From: Pseudomonadota bacterium
GTDB lineage: Archaea; Thermoplasmatota; SW-10-69-26; JACQPN01; JAJPHT01
Direction: 5' to 3'
Assembly (NCBI GenBank): GCA_021325135.1
Contig: JAJPHT010000042.1
Location: 1 to 62,454 of the forward strand
Length of the DNA: 62,454 bases
Of this stretch, positions 28,201-36,997 are shown one piece after another. The number at the start of each line of letters is the position of its first letter. Positions within the stretch are counted from its first letter, which is position 1. The notes under the pieces are model-generated. The model saw nothing but the letters and a program-made list of their open reading frames with translations, searched no databases and had not been told where the DNA came from. A program made the position numbers and the translations under genes.

Positions 28201-31000
28201 CGCCCAGGAGCGCGCGCGCCTCGTCCGCGCGGGCGTCGAGACGCGAGGCCGCGGCTTGCGCGGACGCGAGGAGGGCCTCCTGCGTCAGCCGCGCGAGCGC
28301 GGTCCGCTCCGCGCTCGCCGCGTCGAGGCGCGACGAGAGGCCGGTGAGGCCCTCGTGGGCCGCGGCGTTCCCGCGCTCGACCTCGGCGCGAAGCGCGGCG
28401 ACCCGCTGGTCGGACTCGCCAAGCCGCCGCTCCAGGGAGCGCTCCGCCTGCGCGGCGGCCGCGTCGAGGCGGCCGTGGAGGGAGGATGAGGCGTCGTCAA
28501 GGGCCGCGCGCAGGGCCTCCCGCGACGCGGCGCTCTCGATCCTTGCGCCCTCCACCTCGCCCGCGACGGCGTCGAGCCCGCGCCGGGCCTCGGCGGCGAG
28601 GGCCTCGACGCGGCGGCGCACCGCGGCGGCGGAGCCCTCGATGGCGGCCCGCAGCATATCGTCGGACGCCGCGCGCTCGGCGCTCGCGCCCTCGATCCGG
28701 CCCTCGATGCCGCCGAGGCGGCGCCCGGCCTCGGCAGAGAGCGCGTCGATCCGGGCGGAGGCCTCCTTGCGCGCCCGCTCGATGCCCTCCCGGGCGAGCG
28801 CGACCTCGGCGCCGATCTCCGAGCCCTGGGCGCGGGCCTCGTCGAGCTTCGCGCCCAAGGAGCGCTCCGCCTGCGCGACGCGATCGTGGGCAAGGTCCAC
28901 CTTTCCCGCCAGCGCGTCGGCCCCGCGCCTGGCGTCCGCGGCGGCGGCATCGAGGGCATCGAACCGGGCGGCCGCCGCCTTGGCCGAGCCTTTGATATCA
29001 TTATGCGCGAGCGCGATCCCCTCGGCCAGGCCCGCAAGCTGCGCGCGCGCCTCCTTCGCGGCCGACTCCGCGCGCGCTTGCGCCTTGGCGTCGGATGCCT
29101 CCAGCTTGCCGGAGAGGGAAGCCTCCGCGCGGGCGATGCCCTGGTGGAGCGTCGCAAGGTCCGCCCGCGACCCCGCCGCGGCGGCCTCCACGCGGGCCCT
29201 CGTCTCGGCCTCGCCGGCCGCCATCTCGTCGAGCCTGCCCAGGAGCGAGCGCTCGGCGCGGAGAAGCGCCTCCCGCTCGCGGCCGATCTGGGCGCCCACC
29301 GTCTCGCCCAGCGCGCGGACCTCGGAGGAAACCTCGTCGATCCCGGTCCGCAGCGCGCGCTGCGCCTGGGCCACGTCGTCGCGCAGGAGCGCCGACCTTG
29401 CCAGGAGCCGGTCCGCGTGGGCGTCGGCTTCGGCGCGCGCCAGGCTGATATCACCGGCCAGCGCGGCGGCGCGCGCCTCGGCGCTGGCCCCCGCCTCTCG
29501 CGCGAGGGTGGAGAGGGCGTCCACGCCGGCCGCGAGGCGCGCGTCGGCCTCGGCCTGGAGCCGCGCGCTCGATTCGATGGCTCTCTGGAGCGCGTCCGCC
29601 GCGGAGCGCGCCTCCTCCCGGAGGGCGTCGATCCGGGCGCGCTGCTCCGCGGCCTCGCGCGACAGGCGCGCCACGGCGGTCTCGGCCGCCTGGGCCACGT
29701 CCTCGCGCAGGCCCGCGACCGCCTGGCGCGCCTCTTCCGCGGAACGCGCGAGCGCAGCCTCCCCCTTCCGCGCCCCCTCGTCGACCGCGCTCCGGATCGA
29801 AGCCGCGTCCGCGCTTGCCGCCGACCTCAAGGCGTCGACGTCGCGCCGGGCCTCGTCGAGTCGGGCGAGCGTGGCGTCCCGCGCATCCTCCTGGGAGAGG
29901 CGCAGCGCCTCGGTGGCCGCCGCGTGGGCGGCGAGGGACGCCTCCAGGCGCGCGAGGTGGCCGCGCAGCGACTCGGCGCTCGCGCGCGAAGCGGCGTCCA
30001 GGGCGGCAAGCCCCTCGTCCAGGCGGCGCGCCTGGGCGCCTGCGTGCGAGGCGGCCTCTCCCCGGAGCGCGCGGACCTCGGCGCCCAGCGCGTCGAGGCC
30101 GGCCGACGACGCCGCGGCGTCCGCGCCGGCCTCCGCGCGCGCCGCGTCCACGGACTCGGCCAGCTTCACGAGGTCGGCGGCGTGGCCGCGCGCGTCGCCG
30201 CGGAGGCGGTCGAGCGCCGCGTGGAGGGCCGCGCCCTCCTCGCTCATTGCGTCGGCGTGCGCGCGCACGCGCTCCGCGAGGCGCGCCTCGGCCTGACGCA
30301 GCGCCTCGTCGGCGAGGAGGTGCGACGCCGCGATCTCGGCGCGCAGCCCCGTCTCGACCTCGCGCAGCGTGGCCTGCGTCGTCTCGGCGGCGCGCTCCAG
30401 CGTGGATCGCAGCGCGTCGTCCAGGTGCGCGAGGCGGGCCTCGACGCGCGACGCGGCGCAGGCGGCCTGCGCGCTGCCCTCGCCCGCCTGCGAGAGGGGC
30501 GCGCGCGACGCGGCGACCTCCCGGGCGAGGCCGGCGAGGCGCCGCTCCAGCGAGGCGAGCGCATCGCGCAGCGGCGCCGCGTCGTCCCGCTCGTGGAGCG
30601 CGTCCAGGCGCGCGCGCAGCGCGGCGATCTCCGGCGCAAGGCGTTCCGCGACGGGGCCGGCCACGTCGGGCGCGTCGCGGCTCGCGGCGATCCCCTGCTG
30701 CACGTCGTCGCGCAGCGCGCGCACGTCCGCCGCCAGCGTGGCAAGCTCGAACGCGGGAGGCTCGGGCTCCGGCGGCGCGACGGGGAGCGCCTCCTCAGCG
30801 GGCGGCTCCGGAGGAGGCGCGGGCGCCGGCTCGGCGGGCTTGCGGCGCCTCCACGCCAGCGCGCCCAGGCCCAGCACGCTGCCGAACGCCGCGAGGGAGA
30901 CGAGCGTCTGGTCGAGGGCGAGCTGCGCGCCGATCTCCGCGGCGGCGGCGAGTCCGACCACCACCGCGGCGCGGCGCGGCAGGCTGGGGGGCGCGCTCAC
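25292..31000 (-). CDS. Giant (~1900 aa) membrane-anchored coiled-coil protein
   Basis: GTG start overlaps the upstream stop (GTGA). Two N-terminal hydrophobic segments + WRRRK, a Pro-rich linker, then ~1750 aa of A/E/R/L/D-rich, nearly Pro-free helical sequence. Confidence 0.7.
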   Translation of the reverse strand: MSAPPSLPRRAAVVVGLAAAAEIGAQLALDQTLVSLAAFGSVLGLGALAWRRRKPAEPAPAPPPEPPAEEALPVAPPEPEPPAFELATLAADVRALRDDVQQGIAASRDAPDVAGPVAERLAPEIAALRARLDALHERDDAAPLRDALASLERRLAGLAREVAASRAPLSQAGEGSAQAACAASRVEARLAHLDDALRSTLERAAETTQATLREVETGLRAEIAASHLLADEALRQAEARLAERVRAHADAMSEEGAALHAALDRLRGDARGHAADLVKLAESVDAARAEAGADAAASSAGLDALGAEVRALRGEAASHAGAQARRLDEGLAALDAASRASAESLRGHLARLEASLAAHAAATEALRLSQEDARDATLARLDEARRDVDALRSAASADAASIRSAVDEGARKGEAALARSAEEARQAVAGLREDVAQAAETAVARLSREAAEQRARIDALREEARSAADALQRAIESSARLQAEADARLAAGVDALSTLAREAGASAEARAAALAGDISLARAEADAHADRLLARSALLRDDVAQAQRALRTGIDEVSSEVRALGETVGAQIGREREALLRAERSLLGRLDEMAAGEAETRARVEAAAAGSRADLATLHQGIARAEASLSGKLEASDAKAQARAESAAKEARAQLAGLAEGIALAHNDIKGSAKAAAARFDALDAAAADARRGADALAGKVDLAHDRVAQAERSLGAKLDEARAQGSEIGAEVALAREGIERARKEASARIDALSAEAGRRLGGIEGRIEGASAERAASDDMLRAAIEGSAAAVRRRVEALAAEARRGLDAVAGEVEGARIESAASREALRAALDDASSSLHGRLDAAAAQAERSLERRLGESDQRVAALRAEVERGNAAAHEGLTGLSSRLDAASAERTALARLTQEALLASAQAAASRLDARADEARALLGDIDAKASARADALAEAVRREGAQTREGLAEAIEASRAEMSTAGAAAREEIAQARRVLAGQLHDAEARLAEVAADLRSVEERVGRAQAQSAEAADASRLRNERLADAVRHEGERVRSGLHDAAGALSGRIDALAAQVHEARGEHAAAVAAAQERDRALADAVKGEAARVNDSILDDARSNVESLRGRIDDASRHVHARLGGIATALDEAHRAQEAARADALRGREETLGAVSRLQAEVSASAGSLRAEMAQGHRAAADGLAEAAARIDRLGADSGAAAARLDARLGALADAAGRERARAREEALDATRALGERIGAVDARVGAGLDALSGAVRTLHEGQEEARGEIEAHGRALREVREELRRDVSASRDALLRASQGLDARMAEGFGALSGALRDVHEEQAGARRNAEAHGQEIRAALGEAREEQRGGFLALQERLGAWGGELRGEVAGSRDALLRASAGLDARVGALAEAVAQARAQREQAEGASRERDEALAADIGRASGALRARLDDVASRLDEGAKARHEAVLDGLRAEAGLLRDEAKLRAEEHAHELARLQERVSSLRPALLGRLDAAQEAQAGRDAEIGSRLDEFARRLAEARSSLEGAVRSSVGSAEEEVVRLHAGLHALADATARMEERRGAQATALHSSVLSVGEIVLDQREEARARALAQARDAADLRHGLARVEAAAGALGADAASRSDALARRLDEVAAAAQREHARLHGGINAAAERLGAAIALNLARAEDIAHKVDATREILDPVGSLQAQLDARLERLGSASARREAALLQRMMALESRLAGSEESAGRRDSGLLGAMLRIEERMDAFARRAEADALALREESARRDAALRARLDLIESAARAPAAAPASAPAPAPPEPVAMAEAALRATIDPAPVREARGHRDAAARALENAEKEVRQALADMEKQLRTGPTLSRAAAGFLRSAQGDAERLLERVAQVRRALAAMDEALAGASA

Positions 31001-31785
31001 TCGTCGTCCCTCCAGGCGTCGAGCCGCACGAGGGCGACGAGCGCGCCGACGCCCGCCAGCGCGAGGGCGGGAGCGGCGGGCGCTCCGAGGAGCCCGGGGA
31101 GCCCCGCCCGCGTCTGGGTCACGCGCGTCTCGGGCTGGCCGTGCGCGGTGGTCGTGGCGAGGGCCTCGGCGGAGGGGAGCACGTAGAGCGGCGGGTCGTA
31201 CTGGATGGGGAGCGTGAAGGTGGACGACTGCACGCCGGGCGCGGCGTAGGCGACGCGCGCGACGACGGCCCACGAGGCATTGGACGCGTCGTGGCCCGCC
31301 GCCTCCACGTCGCGCTGGATCGCGGGCAGGTCGACGACGCCGCCCAGCGCGAGCGCCTGGCCCGAGGCGGTGCGGTTGTCCAGGGGCGCCTCGAAGCGCC
31401 AGCCGCCCGCGCCCTGGACGATGAGCTTGAGCGTGCCGGATGCGGTGAGCCGCGCCGCGGGCAGGCCCTCCGGCTCCCAGCGGAACGCGACCTCGAAGCG
31501 GGGCGAGATCGTCGTGAAGTAGCCCGGCTCGCCCATGCCCAGCACGGTGCCGGCGGCGTAGGGGCCCGAGGCGTTGGCGACGGGGACGCGGTACGTGAAC
31601 GTCGCGCTCTCGGTCCACGCGTCGGGGGCGGGGATCGTCGCCACCTGCACGCGGGTCGCGCTGGCGGCCTGCGTGCTCCAGAGGGTGCCCAGCGCGAGGG
31701 CCGCGAGCGCGACGGCGGCCAGCGCGGTCCGGTTCTCGCGCGCCGCGCGTTGCAGGCGCGCCCGGAGCGGCTGCAGGGTGGACAT
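30997..31785 (-). CDS. DUF5305-like membrane/secreted protein (short paralog)
   Basis: WTESATFTYRVPV.N....GTVLGMGEPGYFTTIS homologous to 31867..32973; N- and C-terminal TM helices. Confidence 0.65.
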   Translation of the reverse strand: MSTLQPLRARLQRAARENRTALAAVALAALALGTLWSTQAASATRVQVATIPAPDAWTESATFTYRVPVANASGPYAAGTVLGMGEPGYFTTISPRFEVAFRWEPEGLPAARLTASGTLKLIVQGAGGWRFEAPLDNRTASGQALALGGVVDLPAIQRDVEAAGHDASNASWAVVARVAYAAPGVQSSTFTLPIQYDPPLYVLPSAEALATTTAHGQPETRVTQTRAGLPGLLGAPAAPALALAGVGALVALVRLDAWRDDE

Positions 31786-31866
31786 GGCGCGATCCGGACG
31801 AGAGGGCGACGCGCGGAGCCTAAGGCCTCGCGGTTCCGGGGGTCGGGAAGAACGGCCAAGGTCCGC

Positions 31867-32973
31867 TCAGGGGCGCGCCCTCGCGGGGGCTCCGCGCGCC
31901 GCAGGCGCCGGCCGCACCAGCGCGCGCCCCGCGAAGCGGTACGTCATGGTGGGAAGCACGGCGTAGTAGACCCGCGACGCGCGGTCCAGGACGACGCGCG
32001 TGCGGGCGTCCGCCGCGGCCTCCACCAGGTCGTCCAGCGTGGCGGTGTCGACCAGGGGCGCGGGCATGCGCGCGGCGTCCAGCGGGCCCTCCGCCAGGGT
32101 GACGTACTCGCGGTGGCGCTCCAGCTCGCGGCGGAACTCCCCCTCGGCGGCGTCGACGCCGCGCGCCGGGTCGGAGCGCACGGCCCACGCGATCGCGGCC
32201 AGCGCGGCGACGCCCCCGGCGACGAGGGCCAAGGAGCGCAGCGAGCCCAGGACGCCCGCCCACCCCAGGGTCGTCGCCGTGGTGGACGTGGAGAGCGTCG
32301 CGTGAGGGCGCTCCCAGGTGATGTCACCGGGATCGGGCAGCGTCACGCGGGGATCGCCCAGCCCCACGGGGAGGGCGAACTCGCTGGTCCCCGCCTCGTC
32401 CTGCCCCGCGCGGTCGAAGGCGTAGGCGACGCGCGCGATCACCGTGACGTTGAGGTGGCCGTCGCCCACGGGCATCTCTCGGCTGGCGCGCTCGACCTCG
32501 GCGGCGGTCCCGTCCAGGTCCACCGTCCCATGGAGGGCCACCGGCTCGCCCGCCGCGAAGAGGCCCTGCGCGAGGGGGCGCTCGAACGACCAGAAGGGGC
32601 GGCCCTGCGGGGAGTCGGCGCGCACGCGCAGCGTGAGGGACGCGTCGGCGAGGCCGCGCTCGGCGTCCGCGCCCGACGGGGCCCAGGTGAAGTTGACCAG
32701 CACCCGGTCCGAGATGGTGCGGAAGTAGCCGGGCATCCCCATGGGGAGCACCGTGCCGTTGGGCCAGTGCGTGGAGTTGCGCGTGACGGGCACCGAGTAG
32801 GCGAACGCGGCGCTCTCGCTCCAGCGCGTCGTAGAGACGGTCCGCGTGTCGCGCGCCTCCTCGTGGTACGCCGACCACGCGCCCGCGAGCCCCGCCACGA
32901 GAAGAAGCCCCGCGAGCAGCATGGCGGGCGCCGCGTGGGCCCGGAGCTGCTCGACAAGACGCGGGGCGGCCAT
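31867..32973 (-). CDS. DUF5305-like protein
   Basis: N-terminal TM, FAYSVPVTRNS..WPNGTVL..PGYF, second TM, C-terminal TLDDLVEAAADARTRVVLD...YYAV domain. Confidence 0.7.
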   Translation of the reverse strand: MAAPRLVEQLRAHAAPAMLLAGLLLVAGLAGAWSAYHEEARDTRTVSTTRWSESAAFAYSVPVTRNSTHWPNGTVLPMGMPGYFRTISDRVLVNFTWAPSGADAERGLADASLTLRVRADSPQGRPFWSFERPLAQGLFAAGEPVALHGTVDLDGTAAEVERASREMPVGDGHLNVTVIARVAYAFDRAGQDEAGTSEFALPVGLGDPRVTLPDPGDITWERPHATLSTSTTATTLGWAGVLGSLRSLALVAGGVAALAAIAWAVRSDPARGVDAAEGEFRRELERHREYVTLAEGPLDAARMPAPLVDTATLDDLVEAAADARTRVVLDRASRVYYAVLPTMTYRFAGRALVRPAPAARGAPARARP

Positions 32974-32982
32974 GGGAGTTCC

Positions 32983-33444
32983 TCAGTAGGTGGCGTTGAA
33001 CTGGTAGTGGCTGACGACGGCGCTCTCGACGCCGCTGCTGGACGCGGTGACGTCCCAGAGGGTGGGGTAGGAGCCCGTGCAGGTGAAGCACGCGATGAGG
33101 GTCACGCTGACGGTGCTGAACGAGCCCACCGCCGTGGGGGAGGTGCCGTTGGAGTAGCTGGAGACGATTCCGTTGGGGTCGGAGACCTTGACGGCGGTGA
33201 GCGTGAGGGGGGTCGTGCCCTGGTTGTTGATCTTGAAGGTGCAGACGGTCGTCGTGAGCTTCGCGCCCGCGCACGCCGTCTGCGTCATGGCGACGTAGGC
33301 GCTGGCGTTGGTGGCGACGGTCGCGCTCACGCTGCGCGCGGTCAGGCTCGCGTACTGGAACGCGCTCGTGGGCTGGGCCCACAGGGCGGCCAGCACGAGA
33401 AGGGGCGCCAGGAGCGCCAGCCAGCGGCCCGCGCGGCCTCTCAT
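32983..33444 (-). CDS. DUF1102/TasA-like fibre subunit 3 (SipW-type signal)
   Basis: ..PTSA|FQYASLTARSVSATVATNASAYVAM; TGATG overlap with the peptidase gene. Confidence 0.6.
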   Translation of the reverse strand: MRGRAGRWLALLAPLLVLAALWAQPTSAFQYASLTARSVSATVATNASAYVAMTQTACAGAKLTTTVCTFKINNQGTTPLTLTAVKVSDPNGIVSSYSNGTSPTAVGSFSTVSVTLIACFTCTGSYPTLWDVTASSSGVESAVVSHYQFNATY

Positions 33445-34574
33445 CAGATCCACTCCTCCCGGATGCCCAGCCAGCGCCCGACGGGGCGGTCGGCGACGCC
33501 CAGCGCGCGGAACCACAGGGCGCCCGCCAGCGCGCAGAGGCCCGCGAGCACGAGGTCGGGGCTGCCGGGCGCCGCGCGGTGCAGCGCCACGATGATATCA
33601 CGGGGCAGGAGCGCGGGATATCGCCAGACGTGGACCGAGTCCTCCTGATATCCCGTGGATGGGCCCGCGATCTCCTTGGCCGTCATGGCGGTCGTGCTCC
33701 ACGCGGCGACGCCGCCCGCGGGGTCGGGGACCGCGACGCGCGGGCTGCCGGGCTCGACGATGACGGTGGTGGGGAGGATGCCGAGGCTTCCCACCTGGAG
33801 CTGCCGGTCCAGCGCGCCGCCCGGCGGCGCGGAGCGGTACGGGTCGGCGGCGCCGGGGTCCTGCACGACGACCATGGAGAGGGCCACGTCGGTCCTCGCC
33901 TGGTGCGCGCTCCACGCGCCGGCGCCCGCCAGGAGCAGCAGGAGGGCCAGCGCGACGTGGCGTCCCAGGACGCCCCGGGGGAACGCACGGCGCATGCCGC
34001 GCAGGAAGCCGCGGGGGAGCGGCCGCGAGGGGGGCGCGCGGCGGCGCGGGCGGGCCATGGCGGATAGTACCAGGAGCGCGCCGCCCGCGGCGAGGAGGAC
34101 CGGCGTCAGCGAGCCGTCGCCGCCCAGCCTGTCGTGCAGGCGCGTCGCCTCGACCTTGACCTCGGTGGCCGTGACGCCGAGGCCCGGGACCTTCACCGGC
34201 TCGCCGGAGGGCCAGGTCACGACGCGGCCCAGCACGCGGTCGCGCGTGACGGCGGGCTCGCCGGCCATCTGGTCCGCGTTGGGGTTCGCGTCGCCCTGCG
34301 TGATCCAGCCGCTCTCGTCTCCGCCCACGATGCGGTGGACGGCGGGCTGCGCGCGGGTCACGGAGTCGAAGACGATGATGTCCCCCTTGTGCAGCGCGCC
34401 GGGCCACGGGTCCACGAAGAACACGTCGAAGGGCCCCAGCGTGGGCACCATGGAGCCCGAGACGGGGTACGAGACGACGGGGCGCCCCGTGACGACGGGG
34501 ACGAGGACCAGGACGAGCGCCAGGCCCACGACCCCCGACGCGAAGAGCCGGAGGAAGGGCCTGCGGGTCCGCAT
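33444..34574 (-). CDS. Signal peptidase I, SipW/ER-type (S26) with C-terminal extension
   Basis: VSGSMVPTL (catalytic Ser), GDIIVF, VHRIV (His), TQGDAN..D. Confidence 0.88.
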   Translation of the reverse strand: MRTRRPFLRLFASGVVGLALVLVLVPVVTGRPVVSYPVSGSMVPTLGPFDVFFVDPWPGALHKGDIIVFDSVTRAQPAVHRIVGGDESGWITQGDANPNADQMAGEPAVTRDRVLGRVVTWPSGEPVKVPGLGVTATEVKVEATRLHDRLGGDGSLTPVLLAAGGALLVLSAMARPRRRAPPSRPLPRGFLRGMRRAFPRGVLGRHVALALLLLLAGAGAWSAHQARTDVALSMVVVQDPGAADPYRSAPPGGALDRQLQVGSLGILPTTVIVEPGSPRVAVPDPAGGVAAWSTTAMTAKEIAGPSTGYQEDSVHVWRYPALLPRDIIVALHRAAPGSPDLVLAGLCALAGALWFRALGVADRPVGRWLGIREEWI

Positions 34575-34583
34575 GCGCTCGCC

Positions 34584-35138
34584 TCAGGTGCTGCTGCGGG
34601 CCTCGACGCTCATGGTGCGCGAGATCGCGCCGCTGCTGTAGGAGGTGTCCTTCGCGCTGGCGTCGATCTTGAACCCGATGTAGACGCTGCTGCCCACGGC
34701 GATGTTCTGGATGTCCAGAGCCTGCGCGTAGGTGCCGCTGGTCGTCATCGAGCCCGCCGAGGTGGCGTACTGGATGGTGATGGCCGTGTCGGCCGACATG
34801 TTCAGCCAGAGGTCGCTGATGGTCTTCGTGCCCTTGTTGGTGATCTTGAGCACGTCGTGGAAGTAGTAGGTGGAGTACGCGTTGACGCCGCTGCCGCCGC
34901 CTCCGTTGCAGCTGCTCCCGCCGTCCCACGTCACGTCGATGACGCCGTTGGTGTACCCGACGTAGCACGCGTAGTTGGAGTCCTGCGGCGCGATGGAGAG
35001 GTACGCCGTCCCGTTGTCGCTCACGATGTTCGCGATGACGTTGCGGGGCTGGAGGACGGCGTAGTTGAAGGCGGACGAGCCGAAGGCGCCCGCCGCGAGG
35101 AGCGCCAGGGCGATGAACGTCAGGAGCGGGATTCTCAT
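34584..35138 (-). CDS. DUF1102/TasA-like fibre subunit 2 (candidate major subunit)
   Basis: ..GSSA|FNYAVLQPRNVIANIVSDNGTAYL; GVNAYSTYYFHDVLKITNKGT; strong codon bias. Confidence 0.7.
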   Translation of the reverse strand: MRIPLLTFIALALLAAGAFGSSAFNYAVLQPRNVIANIVSDNGTAYLSIAPQDSNYACYVGYTNGVIDVTWDGGSSCNGGGGSGVNAYSTYYFHDVLKITNKGTKTISDLWLNMSADTAITIQYATSAGSMTTSGTYAQALDIQNIAVGSSVYIGFKIDASAKDTSYSSGAISRTMSVEARSST

Positions 35139-35240
35139 GGGCTCGCCATCCGTCTTGCTATGCCAGCCCCTTGTCGGCAGGGGTTGAAGCGATATCCGGT
35201 CGCGGGCCTGGGCCAAAGGGCCCCCAGGGGCCCTGGACCC

Positions 35241-35819
35241 TCAGCTGAGCCGCGCCTCTAGAGTGAGGTTCCCGAACACGGACGAGCCCGCGCCCAGGCT
35301 CCCCGTGTCGACGCGCACGCCGACGTAGGCGGAGCTTCCCGTCGTCAGCGTGATGGGCGTGGCCAGGCTCGTCGCGTAGTCGGAGTCGGACATGGCGCCC
35401 GAGGAGGCCTTCATGGCGACGTCGACGCGGGAGCTTCCGCCGCTGCTGGTGGTCGCGTTGACCCAGAGGACGACGCGCTTGGTGCCTTCGTTCGTGACGA
35501 GGAGGAGGTCGTGGAACGCGTAGCGCGAGTGCTGCGCGCCGGTGGCCCCGTCGCCGGAGTTGACGCCGTTGCCCGCCCCCTGGGAGGAGCAAGTGGCGCC
35601 GATGGCGCCGAAGCTGAGGAGCGTGCGCCCGTTGCTGGTGGACACGAAGCACTTGTGGGGGCTTGACGGGTTCGCGGCCACGGCGAGGTAGCCGCTGCCG
35701 TCGCCCACGAGGTTGACCGTCACGTTGCGGGAGGCCTTCTCCCGGTTGAACGCGGAGGAGGACGCCGCGCCCGCGACGAGGAGCGCCGCGGCCAGGAGAA
35801 GCTGGAGCGCGCGGCGCAT
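35241..35819 (-). CDS. DUF1102/TasA-like fibre subunit 1
   Basis: ..SSSA|FNREKASRNVTVNLVGDGSGYL; GVNSG..YAFHDLLLVTNEGT, paralogous to 34584..35138. Confidence 0.7.
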   Translation of the reverse strand: MRRALQLLLAAALLVAGAASSSAFNREKASRNVTVNLVGDGSGYLAVAANPSSPHKCFVSTSNGRTLLSFGAIGATCSSQGAGNGVNSGDGATGAQHSRYAFHDLLLVTNEGTKRVVLWVNATTSSGGSSRVDVAMKASSGAMSDSDYATSLATPITLTTGSSAYVGVRVDTGSLGAGSSVFGNLTLEARLS

Positions 35820-35944
35820 GCCCGGGCGTGCGGGGCGGAGCCGGGATAAGCGTTGGCCGGGCGGCCCAGGGCCCCAGGTGCAGCCAGGAGGCTGCAACGG
35901 AAAGGGACTTCGCCTGCCGCTCCGGTCCGCCCCGCGGGCACACC

Positions 35945-36811
35945 ATGAAGCTCACCACCACGGCAATCCTCGTCTCGCTGGCCGCGACCGCGTTCCTCTT
36001 CCCCGCCGCCTCGGCCGTCCCCCAGCCCTACGTCTGCTCCAACGAGGTCAACCCCTCGTGCGGCCACACCGTCTGCTTCGCGCCCTCGTACACGCAGGTC
36101 CCGCGCTGCGAGGACGTGACGCTCTCGACCCCGGCGCACAAGCTGGGCTACTGCACCGAGGGCAAGTCCCCCTGCTATCTCGGGCGCCTCGCGTGCGTGA
36201 CCGACAACGGCGCGGCCGTCGTCTGCATCCCCGACCCGTGCGCCACGACGCAGTGCTTCGCGGCCTCCTCGCCCGCGTGCCAGGGCTGCCTTCCCTGGGT
36301 CTGCGTCGCGGGCCAGACGGCCCCCTCGTGCTACGAGGGCCACGACGTCTGCGTCGGCTTCAGCCTGGAGATCCCCTTCTGCACGGACGTCCCCTGCGGC
36401 GACGGCTCGTGCGTGACCATCACGGCGCCGGGCTACTGCACCCAGGGCGAGCCGCCGTGCGACAACTTCGACCTGCTCTGCGTGACCGCGGGCGGCTCGC
36501 CCGTCCTCTGCTTCGCGCAGCCCTGCTCGGTCTCCGAGTGCCTGCCGCCCAGCGAGGCCTGCGCGTCCTGCGCCCTGCCCCCCGTCGAGGTGTGCGTCGC
36601 GGGCACGACGGAGCCCTCCTGCTATCACGACGCGCCCGCGTGCGTCACCGTGAGCCGCCAGGTGCCCAAGTGCCTCGAAGCCACCCCCATCGAGGGCGGC
36701 GTCAACTGCTACGAGACCTACTGGCGCCACGACGTGGGCCCCGTGGGCGTGGAGAGCCGCAGTTCGTGCGACTACCGCGTCTACTACGACGGGCAGCCCA
36801 TCCTGTCCTGA
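35945..36811 (+). CDS. Secreted 32-Cys repeat protein, family member C
   Basis: Signal peptide ..FPAASA; five tandem Cys modules; PSCYEGHDVCVGFSLEIPFC matches members A/B. Confidence 0.75.
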   Translation: MKLTTTAILVSLAATAFLFPAASAVPQPYVCSNEVNPSCGHTVCFAPSYTQVPRCEDVTLSTPAHKLGYCTEGKSPCYLGRLACVTDNGAAVVCIPDPCATTQCFAASSPACQGCLPWVCVAGQTAPSCYEGHDVCVGFSLEIPFCTDVPCGDGSCVTITAPGYCTQGEPPCDNFDLLCVTAGGSPVLCFAQPCSVSECLPPSEACASCALPPVEVCVAGTTEPSCYHDAPACVTVSRQVPKCLEATPIEGGVNCYETYWRHDVGPVGVESRSSCDYRVYYDGQPILS

Positions 36812-36997
36812 GCCGCTCCGGCGCCCTTTTCGGCCGGCGGCCCGCTGCGCGCTCGGCCTCCTCGTCGGCCTCTTCTCCGCCCACCTTACCAGCGTCGCCC
36901 TTCTCGGCCTGGGCGTGACGACGATGATCGTCGCGCTTTGGTCCTGAGGCCCGGTAAGGACCAAACCCTCAAGGGGGGCGCCCCGCGTGCGCGCGCT

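Noticed and set aside
25292-31000. SMC/Rad50 protein, chemoreceptor or phage tape measure
   Set aside because: No Walker A/B, hinge or MCP hairpin signature, and no viral structural genes nearby.
23973-36811. Cys-rich proteins as multiheme cytochromes or RiPP precursors
   Set aside because: CxxC pairs are not followed by His, and no radical-SAM, YcaO or lanthipeptide enzymes are nearby.
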